Shown piece after piece: positions 1 through 5,793 of a stretch of DNA of 5,793 nucleotides. This DNA is from Escherichia coli (GTDB taxonomy: Bacteria; Pseudomonadota; Gammaproteobacteria; Enterobacterales; Enterobacteriaceae). The stretch lies in assembly GCF_003334785.1 (NCBI RefSeq), contig NZ_QOWV01000041.1, one strand, 5' to 3'. How positions within the stretch are numbered: position 1 is the stretch's first letter; the number at the start of each line of letters is the position of its first letter. The position numbers were made by a program, and so were the translations under genes. Below the pieces are notes generated by a model that was given only the letters and a program-made list of their open reading frames with translations, did no database searches and was not told the DNA's origin.

Positions 1-223
<223 letters not shown>

Positions 224-553
224 CTGCAACGTTTTTCCGCCTGAAAGCTGACTGCCTCCTGCTGAGGTGGGAGGCTATGATTCAGTGCGTTTATAGTCTC
301 CGGGGTATGCATGTACCGGAGCATACCATTTCTGGTGGATAACAAGCCGGCACATTCAGACTGCAGTGAAGATGGAGGCACCTGGTTGTGAAGAACGTTT
401 CTGCCCGTGGCTGCTTCGCATCATCAATGGTATTCATACCCGCTCAGAAATGACCGGGTGCTGAAGCCCTCCGTTATCGCGCAGTATAATGACGTATATG
501 ATCTGTGGACGAGTGAGCGGCGTGCCTGATGTACGCCGCTATTACTGTATTTT

Positions 554-589
554 ACCACAGGGCTGGTTTTCTGCTGCCAGCCCTGTGGT
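554..589 (-). terminator. Perfect 13-bp stem / 10-nt loop hairpin just 3' of the minus-strand ORF; putative terminator
   Basis: ACCACAGGGCTGG (554-566), loop TTTTCTGCTG (567-576), CCAGCCCTGTGGT (577-589) is an exact inverted repeat. It lies 10 nt beyond the stop (599-601) of the minus-strand ORF. The flanking sequence is not a clean U-tract on either strand, so terminator function is an inference. Confidence 0.45.
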
Positions 590-598
590 TCTCAGACA

Positions 599-1201
599 TC
601 AACTGTGAGCGGCATCAACCGATGTACGGTATGCCATAAGCACGTACTGATCCATCAGATTTGTCAGTGGTTCACTCTGACCCTGACGTGCAATGATCCA
701 TTGCTCCAGATCTTTTTCTGATTTGTGTTTCAGGTTTTTCGTCCAGTCGTCAAGGCTGTTTCCGGTCATTAAGTCAAGCCAGCAGAGCCAGACCAGTTTG
801 AGACGTAACTCCGTGCCGCCAAACTGACGGAAGAGGCTGATCAGTTTGTTTGCCAGAGAATGTTGCTTCAGGCGCTCACATTCAGACAGCAGGATCCCTT
901 CCAGCATCGGATGATGAACCAGCAGGTGTTCGCTGGTGCATAAATTCACCACCAGATCATCATCCAGGGACGGGGAGCTCCGTTTGTCCGGACCATAAAT
1001 CAGCCGGTGCAGACTCTGGGGAACGATGGCAATCTCCGGTTTTTCGCCATTGAATGACACCCACCCGGGCGTCAGATTATGGAAATAGTAGATATTCGGA
1101 TGACACACGCCCCATGATACGGCGTGCCGGGTGAAGCCGGTCAGCCATTTCTGGTAGTTTTCATGGAGCAGCTCGTAACGGGTCTGATACTGTTGTTTCA
1201 T
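599..1201 (-). CDS. Hypothetical protein (~200 aa), no family recognised; downstream of and co-oriented with alpA
   Basis: Long ORF on the minus strand (six-frame track 599..1216). Likely start is ATG at 1201 with GAGGA 8 nt upstream; alternative starts are ATG 1207 and GTG 1216. It sits 87 bp after the alpA stop and is followed by the hairpin. No motif I can place. Confidence 0.65.
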   Translation of the reverse strand: MKQQYQTRYELLHENYQKWLTGFTRHAVSWGVCHPNIYYFHNLTPGWVSFNGEKPEIAIVPQSLHRLIYGPDKRSSPSLDDDLVVNLCTSEHLLVHHPMLEGILLSECERLKQHSLANKLISLFRQFGGTELRLKLVWLCWLDLMTGNSLDDWTKNLKHKSEKDLEQWIIARQGQSEPLTNLMDQYVLMAYRTSVDAAHS

Positions 1202-1294
1202 TTTCATATTCCTCACGGGGGATAACAGGCAGCAGAGCGCCGCCGGCAGGCCGGAGATTGCGTCTGCTGTGGGCGAAGGGTTAGTGGTTAAAAA

Positions 1295-1507
1295 TTACGG
1301 ACGGGACTGTGCAATACGCGCCTGCAGCCAGGCTTCCACTTCACTTTTCAGCCAGCGGGAGCTGCGCCCCATTTTGATGGGCGCAGGAAAGCCCCCATCT
1401 TTGATGAGTTTGTCAAACCACTTATCGGTTAGGCCGGTCAGTTGAGTGATAAACGCCATGTCGACCATCTGGTCATCCATCAGCGAAACTGGGGTATCCC
1501 GCTTCAT
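1295..1507 (-). CDS. alpA: AlpA-family phage/island transcriptional regulator (MerR-like HTH, excisionase-type)
   Basis: Translation MKRDTPVSLMDDQMVDMAFITQLTGLTDKWFDKLIKDGGFPAPIKMGRSSRWLKSEVEAWLQARIAQSRP carries the AlpA signature (HTH followed by GFP.P.K.G....W...E...W). Size is 70 aa from ATG 1507, with AGGG 5 nt upstream; the track ORF begins at TTG 1510. Start is uncertain; internal Mets at 1480 and 1468 are possible. Confidence 0.85.
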   Translation of the reverse strand: MKRDTPVSLMDDQMVDMAFITQLTGLTDKWFDKLIKDGGFPAPIKMGRSSRWLKSEVEAWLQARIAQSRP

Positions 1508-1922
1508 CAATGCCCTGAAAGCCCGAATCGACGCTTACCAGAAACGTAAGCATCGGGAAGGTAAACGCGTGCATCCCACAACCCTGCATTACGTCTGGGC
1601 CCGGGAGTTTGGGGAGTGCAAAGGTAAAAAACACTATCACCTGATGCTGCTGGTTAACCGGGATACCTGGTGTCGTGCCGGTGATTACCGTGCTCCGGGA
1701 TCACTGGCCGGGATGATTAAACAGGCGTGGTGCAGTGCCCTGGGAGTGGATGTCGGGTGCCATGCCACGCTGGTGCATTTTCCGGCCTGGCCGGCGGTGT
1801 GGCTGGAACGCGATGATGACACTGGCTTTCAGCAGGTGCTGGAACGTGCTGACTATCTGGCGAAGGAACATACCAAAGCTCACTGCACCGGTGAGCGCAA
1901 TTTTGGCTGTAGCCGGAGTTGA
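1446..1922 (+). pseudogene. YagK/YfjJ-family (inovirus Gp2-like, HUH-motif) replication-initiator-like protein, 5'-truncated remnant
   Basis: The ORF contains ..VSRFINALKARIDAYQKRKHREGKRVHPTTLHYVWAREFGE..KKHYHLMLLVN..LVHFP..ADYLAKEHTK..FGCSRS, matching my recollection of this family including the HYH (HUH) motif and the C-terminal FGCS end. The N-terminal ~90 residues of the family are missing. An in-frame TGA at 1443-1445 precedes the ORF, and the expected upstream space is occupied by alpA on the opposite strand. Confidence 0.6.
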
Positions 1923-2175
1923 GCACGACTGGCGCGCCAATACCCGGCAAACCAAAAGTATGGGTTGTTGTCTGGCGGCAACGATGTATCCACTCGCCCA
2001 CTGACTGTTTTTTACGTCAGTGTTCCATTGTGTGACAACCACAGTGCTGTAACAGCAACCAGCCTGCTTTACCCAAACTCCAGTCCAGATTTTAACTGAA
2101 CCGCCATTCACACCCTGACCACGCTGCCCGTACCGGGACGGCTGTTGCCTGCGTGTCGTCTGACGGCTGAGGAAT

Positions 2176-2583
2176 ATGACTATGTACGCAAAATCCTTTA
2201 TCGCTCTTGATGGCAACGGACGTCTGACGGGCGCCCGTACTGCACAGGCCGCACCTTATGCTAACTACACCTGCCACTTGTGTGGCAGTGCACTCAGATA
2301 CCATCCGCAATACGACACTGAACTTCCCTGGTTTGAACACACTGACGACAGGCTGACAGAGCACGGTCAACAGTGCCCTTATGTCAGGCCGGAGCGCAGA
2401 GAAATACAGTTGATTAAACGTCTGCAGCAATTCGTACCGGATGCCTTACCCGTGGTGCGTAAAGCCAGCTGGCACTGCAGACAATGTCACCACGATTATT
2501 ATGGGGAGCGGTACTGCACACACTGCCAGACCGGAGGATTCAGTATTCCCCGGACAACTCAGGAGGAAATATGCGAATTCTGA
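2176..2583 (+). CDS. Cysteine-rich zinc-finger / zinc-ribbon protein A (135 aa): CoiA-N-terminal-like CxxC..PWFEH module plus C-terminal CxxC-x9-CxxC ribbon
   Basis: ORF with ATG at 2176 (or 2182, 8 nt after GAGGA at 2169-2173). Contains YTCHLCGS..PWFEH and WHCRQCHHDYYGERYCTHCQTGG. It is a clear paralogue of the next gene, and conservation of the Cys/His pattern between the two argues that it is a real gene. Confidence 0.75.
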   Translation: MTMYAKSFIALDGNGRLTGARTAQAAPYANYTCHLCGSALRYHPQYDTELPWFEHTDDRLTEHGQQCPYVRPERREIQLIKRLQQFVPDALPVVRKASWHCRQCHHDYYGERYCTHCQTGGFSIPRTTQEEICEF

Positions 2584-2978
2584 ACTGTTATATGGCGAAT
2601 GACAGCAAAGGCCATTTTGTTACGGCGAAAGAAGCAGCGAAGCACAACCGCCAGGACGTTTTGTGCTGTGTGTCCTGTGGATGCCCGTTAACACTTCAGC
2701 GGGGCAATGACGGACAACCACCGTGGTTTGAACATGACCAGATGACTGTCGCTGAGAAAATCCTGCTGCGATGCACCTGGCTTGACCCGGCAGAGAAAGA
2801 GGCCCGTCGTTTGCATCTGCAGGGTATGACGGTTCCGGATTATACGGTGAAGGTGAGAAAGTGGTTTTGTGTGATGTGTGACGAAAATTATGAGGGGGAA
2901 AAGTGCTGCCCGAGTTGTGCTACCGGGGTATACAGCAGGGAGGGGGGGCAGGAGGGCAACTGGAAGGATAGGAACTGA
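2571..2978 (+). CDS. Cysteine-rich zinc-finger / zinc-ribbon protein B (135 aa), paralogue of protein A
   Basis: ATG 2571 is preceded by a consensus AGGAGG at 2561-2566 (4-nt spacer). The track ORF 2484..2978 starts further upstream, but the RBS supports 2571. Contains LCCVSCGCPL..PWFEH and FCVMCDENYEGEKCCPSCATG. It overlaps the stop of gene A (2581-2583) by 13 nt, suggesting translational coupling. Confidence 0.8.
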   Translation: MRILNCYMANDSKGHFVTAKEAAKHNRQDVLCCVSCGCPLTLQRGNDGQPPWFEHDQMTVAEKILLRCTWLDPAEKEARRLHLQGMTVPDYTVKVRKWFCVMCDENYEGEKCCPSCATGVYSREGGQEGNWKDRN

Positions 2979-3181
2979 GCGGTTCAGTCGCGGAAATCAG
3001 TTGCAGAGCTGTAATGATATCTCCGGGAGTGCTGCGTTGGTAGGGGCATCCCGGGATAGAGAAATTTTAGCACTTTGCCCTGAATGATTGTAGACGTCCC
3101 GAGTACTCGTACCGGTCTGAGTTATTACAGTTAGATATTCACTTTTTCTCCCGCATACTTCACATCTGTCAACGACGGATG

Positions 3182-3208
3182 AAAAGTGGTTCTTCCGCAA
3201 CCTGGGTG
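3182..3208 (+). repeat. Left terminal inverted repeat of the ISL3-family element
   Basis: AAAAGTGGTTCTTCCGCAACCTGGGTG at 3182-3208 matches the reverse complement of 4889-4915 (AAAAGTGGCTCTTCCGCAACCTGGGTG) at 26 of 27 positions. Confidence 0.75.
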
Positions 3209-3261
3209 GAAGAAAATGGATGAAACTTTCTGGCGAACAAGGATCTAAGCTGTTTTAAGTT

Positions 3262-4881
3262 ATGGGCAACGCAATGCACTCTCTTAAGACACTTCTACAG
3301 TTACCTTGCGGATGGCGATGCAGTCGACAAATTATTAGCTCTGACGGTATAACCCTCCATCTCCACGGAAAACGCAAAACAGCACAATGTCCTGAATGCT
3401 TTAAGCGTAGCGACTCTGTTCATAGTTGTCGTCGGCGCCGGATACAGCATCTACCCTGCTCAGGGCAGACGCTATGGCTTGTATTTTCCGTCCGCCACTG
3501 GTACTGCCGTAACCCGGCTTGTTCACGTAAAATTTTTGCCGAGTCGCTTGCTCCCTTCGCCAGTTCACACCAGCAGTCTTCACAGGCGTTACAAAATTAA
3601 CAACGTCAACTGGGATTAATAGCTGGAGGTGAGGCTGGAAAACGGGCTGCAACGGCAGTGGGTCTCCGTTGCAGTGCTGATACTCTTCTTCGCAGGCTTA
3701 TCAATACCCCGGAGACGAAACAGTCAGGCGCGCCTCATGTCGGTATTGATGAGTGGGCGTGGCATCGGGGCCACTGCTGCGGTATGTTAATAGTCAATCC
3801 TGATACTCACCGTCCCCTCGTCCTGCTTCCCGGCCGTGATCAGCGTACGCTGGCGACCTGGTTCAGAAAATATCCGGAAATACAGGTTGTCTCGCGTGAT
3901 CGCAGTGGAGTCTATGCGACAGCAGCACGTGAAGGTGCACCTCAGGCCAGACAGGTGGCCGATCGATGGCACCTGCTAAAAAATATTGGTGATGAGCCTG
4001 AACGAATGATGTACAGATATATGCCTCTGATACGTCTTGTTGTCAGAGAGTTATCACTGAAGAAATCACCTGAGCCAGAAATATCTGTGCCTGTAGCATC
4101 GCTCCGTCGTCTGGAACGCCTTAAACAGCACATCCGCAAAAAACGGCATCAGCGTTGGACAGAGGTTATGGCCCTGCATAACAAGGGATGTAGTTTCAGG
4201 GAAATATCCCGTATTACAGGCCTGTCGCGAGTGACAGTCAGTCGCTGGGTGGGTTCAGGAACATTCCCTGAAATGTCAACTAGGCCTCCAAAGCGAGGGC
4301 TTCTGGACCCATGGAGGGAGTGGTTAAAAGAGCAACGAGAATGTGGTAATTATAACTCCGGCCGGATATGGCGGGAAATGGTGGCCAGGGGGGTTACAGG
4401 CAGTGAAACCATCGTCAGGGATGCTGTTGCCAAATGGCATAAAGGCTGGATCCCACCGGTTACTACTGCCGCAAGACTTCCTTCAGTGTCCCGGGTAAGC
4501 CGCTGGTTGATGCCCTGGAGAATAATCAGGGGTGAAGAAAATTATGCTTTCCGATTTATTAGTCTGATGTGTGAAAAAGAACCGGAGTTGAAAATAGCGC
4601 AGCAACTGGTACTCGAGTTCTACCGTATTCTGAAAACCTAAAATAAATCACAGCTAAGCAGCTGGTTCACTCGGGTCCACGAAAGCGGCTCAGCAGAACT
4701 TCGGTGCGTAGCTGCGGGGATGGAAGCTGATGCTGCGGCTATATGTGAGGCAATCAGCAGTCGCTGGAGTACTGGTGTTGTCGAAGGTCATGTAAATCGC
4801 CTGAAGGTGCTGATACGCCAGATGTATGGTCGAGCCGGACTTGAACTACTTAGGCGGAGGGTAATGAGTCCACTGGCATGA
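3262..4881 (+). pseudogene. ISL3-family transposase, ~539 codons in a single frame, interrupted by two in-frame TAA codons (3598-3600 and 4639-4641)
   Basis: The track ORFs 3262..3600 and 3658..4641, plus the unlisted segment 4642..4881, are all in frame 1. Family-like sequence continues directly across both TAA codons (..QALQN*QRQLGLIAGGEAGKR.. and ..EFYRILKT*NKSQLSSWF..STGVVEGHVNRLK..). There is no frameshift. Confidence 0.8.
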
Positions 4882-4888
4882 AAATCTT

Positions 4889-4915
4889 CACCCAGGTTGC
4901 GGAAGAGCCACTTTT
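4889..4915 (-). repeat. Right terminal inverted repeat of the ISL3-family element
   Basis: CACCCAGGTTGCGGAAGAGCCACTTTT at 4889-4915; its reverse complement matches the left repeat. It begins 8 nt after the transposase stop (4879-4881). Confidence 0.75.
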
Positions 4916-4924
4916 GCACTGTTC

Positions 4925-5253
4925 GTGACAGTATGGCCTTTATGTACTCACTTTGTTACCGGTAGCTGGATCATCACTACCGTGCCGCAAATGGTGGTGA
5001 ACAGCATCAATTGTGGAATGAATGTTGCCGAAGCGACCAATGCGCCTCGTTTCCACCATCAGTGGTTGCCGGACGAGCTGCGTGTTGAAAAGGGTTTAGT
5101 CCGGATACGCTCAAGCTGCTGGAAGCAAAAGGTCAGAAAGTGGCGCTGAATGAGGCGATGGGCAGCACGCAAAGCATTATGGTTGGGTCGGATGGTGAGT
5201 TGTACGGCGCATCCGACTCGCGCTTGGTGGATGATTTAACGGCGGGGTATTAA
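4925..5253 (+). pseudogene. ggt: gamma-glutamyltranspeptidase 3' remnant, 5'-truncated at the IS and carrying a -1 frameshift
   Basis: Translation ..VTGSWIITTVPQMVVNSINCGMNVAEATNAPRFHHQWLPDELRVEKG, then after a frame change PDTLKLLEAKGQKVALNEAMGSTQSIMVGSDGELYGASDSRLVDDLTAGY* (stop 5251-5253), matches the GGT C-terminus as I recall it from E. coli. One T is missing from the T-run at 5095-5097. Relative to the remembered sequence there is also a probable 12-nt in-frame deletion (GSPGGSRII read as GSWII). The 5' boundary is approximate. Confidence 0.8.
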
Positions 5254-5258
5254 TTGAC

Positions 5259-5285
5259 ATCCCCCGGCGCAATGTGCCGGGGGAT
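5259..5285. terminator. GC-rich hairpin between convergent ggt and phosphotriesterase-family genes; probable bidirectional intrinsic terminator
   Basis: ATCCCCCGGC (5259-5268), loop GCAATGT, GCCGGGGGAT (5276-5285): a perfect 10-bp stem. It is followed on the plus strand by AATGGTTTTATG and lies between stop codons at 5251-5253 (+) and 5293-5295 (-). Confidence 0.6.
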
Positions 5286-5292
5286 AATGGTT

Positions 5293-5715
5293 TTATGCGG
5301 TCAATAATCGTCCGGGATTATCGATACAGAGTTTTTTGAGGATCGTTTTATCGACGCCGCGCTCCGCCAGATAGGCCAGAAAAACATCTGGAACAAATCC
5401 CCAGCCATTACCGCCATTTTTAGCCCACATTTGTTTAAGGAAGACATCGTGGCTGAGAACAAGCTGATCGGCGTATCCCAACTCAATGAGATGAGCGACG
5501 GCATCGGCAGTCTCCTGCACCCCTGGCGCTATTCCCTCTTTCGGGAAGGTAATGTCTAGGCCAATCATGTCGAATTCCAGCCAGACACCTTTATCAAGCA
5601 TTTTCCGCTGATACGCCACGTCTTTTCCTGACGGATCCGAGTGTGCGAGAGAGACTTTATTTGGCGAGACGCCCATTTCACCTAACACAATGTCGAGTAC
5701 TTCGTAAGCGACTCG
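5293..5715 (-). pseudogene. Phosphotriesterase-family (PTE/Php-like amidohydrolase) gene, C-terminal ~140 codons only; frame closed upstream by an in-frame stop
   Basis: Minus-strand translation ..RVAYEVLDIVLGEMGVSPNKVSLAHSD..LVLSHDVFLKQMWAKNGGNGWGFVPDVFLAYLAERGVDKTILKKLCIDNPGRLLTA* aligns to the C-terminal half of E. coli Php-type proteins (..SMDIT..KANGGYGY..ENP..). An in-frame TGA at 5716-5718 ends the frame upstream, and no PTE-like continuation is seen in any frame of 5719-5793. The track ORF starts at GTG 5688. Confidence 0.7.
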
Positions 5716-5793
5716 TCAGAACCGTATTGATATTTACTGAGAGCTCAGATCAACTTTCCAGGGCAACAGATCGCGTACCCGGTTTGCCGGCCA

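Larger units (their letters stand above)
3182..4915 (+). mobile_element. ISL3-family insertion sequence (~1.73 kb) with terminal inverted repeats; transposase inactivated by nonsense codons
   Basis: Bounded by 27-bp inverted repeats (26/27 match) that contain the ISL3-like GG(C/T)TCTTCC motif. The internal frame encodes an ISL3-type N-terminal zinc finger, a DDE core (GIDEWAWHRGH .. DRWHLLKN) and the C-terminal signature STGVVEGHVNRLKVLIRQMYGRAGLELLRRR. No flanking direct repeat was found. Confidence 0.8.

Noticed and set aside
850-1053. 67-aa plus-strand ORF
   Set aside because: Lies entirely antisense within the ~200-aa minus-strand ORF; Pro/Gly/Ser-rich low-complexity translation typical of an antisense frame.
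2045-2057. LexA-box-like CTGT..ACAG palindrome (GCTGTAACAGC)
   Set aside because: The spacing between the CTGT and ACAG half-sites is 1 nt rather than the 8 nt of an SOS box.
1701-2216. Minus-strand ORFs of 171 and 94 aa, and the plus-strand 89-aa ORF at 1735..2004
   Set aside because: They overlap the Rep-like remnant, whose frame carries the family signature, and have no motifs or sensible starts. Treated as shadow ORFs.
2092-2430. 112-aa minus-strand ORF
   Set aside because: Antisense to zinc-ribbon gene A, whose Cys pattern is conserved in its paralogue; no support for the antisense frame.
2484-2570. Upstream extension of zinc-ribbon gene B (track start at 2484)
   Set aside because: The extension is just the alternative frame of the end of gene A. 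The AGGAGG at 2561-2566 and the alignment with gene A both support ATG 2571 as the start.
2176-2978. Ogr/Delta-type (P2/P4 late activator) zinc-finger identity for the two cysteine-rich proteins
   Set aside because: The Ogr pattern (CxxC-x22-CxxxxC) and size do not match; these proteins have a CxxC..PWFEH module plus a CxxC-x8/9-CxxC ribbon.
3055-3064. ATCCCGGGAT palindrome
   Set aside because: A 10-bp palindrome with no loop, so it cannot form a stable hairpin; most likely a chance restriction-site-like palindrome.
2878-3200. Plus-strand 69-aa ORF (2878..3087) and minus-strand 67-aa ORF (2997..3200)
   Set aside because: Short ORFs with no motifs. The minus-strand one begins inside the IS left inverted repeat and is probably a fortuitous fusion frame; a transcript driven from the IS end cannot be fully excluded.
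3401-4139. Minus-strand ORFs of 83, 61 and 65 aa inside the IS
   Set aside because: Antisense to the transposase frame, which carries continuous ISL3 similarity.
3598-4641. Programmed frameshift or separate OrfA/OrfB organisation for the transposase
   Set aside because: All three segments are in the same frame and are separated by in-frame TAA codons, not frame changes. No slippery heptamer is needed or seen, so nonsense mutation is the simpler reading.
5301-5504. 67-aa minus-strand ORF
   Set aside because: Alternative frame inside the phosphotriesterase-family gene.

Overview
This 5.8 kb window reads as a decayed, mosaic accessory region of an enterobacterial-type genome, assembled from several mobile-element pieces rather than one intact locus. 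All calls rest on reading the sequence and on remembered family signatures; no database search was run. In order: (1) an IS21-family (IS100-like) fragment at 1-190, with the istA stop overlapping the istB start and istB truncated after about 47 codons; (2) a minus-strand two-gene unit, an AlpA-family regulator followed by an unrecognised roughly 200-aa ORF and a perfect 13-bp hairpin; (3) a 5'-truncated YagK/YfjJ-type (inovirus Gp2-like, HUH-motif) replication-protein remnant that overlaps alpA head-to-head; (4) two tandem, overlapping, paralogous 135-aa cysteine-rich genes, the most interesting candidate for an undescribed module; (5) an ISL3-family insertion sequence (3182-4915) with 27-bp terminal inverted repeats, whose roughly 539-codon transposase frame is broken only by two in-frame TAA codons; (6) a 3' remnant of ggt with a -1 frameshift; (7) a GC-rich hairpin between convergent genes; and (8) the 3' portion of a phosphotriesterase-family gene on the minus strand. 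No tRNA, rRNA or CRISPR array was seen.
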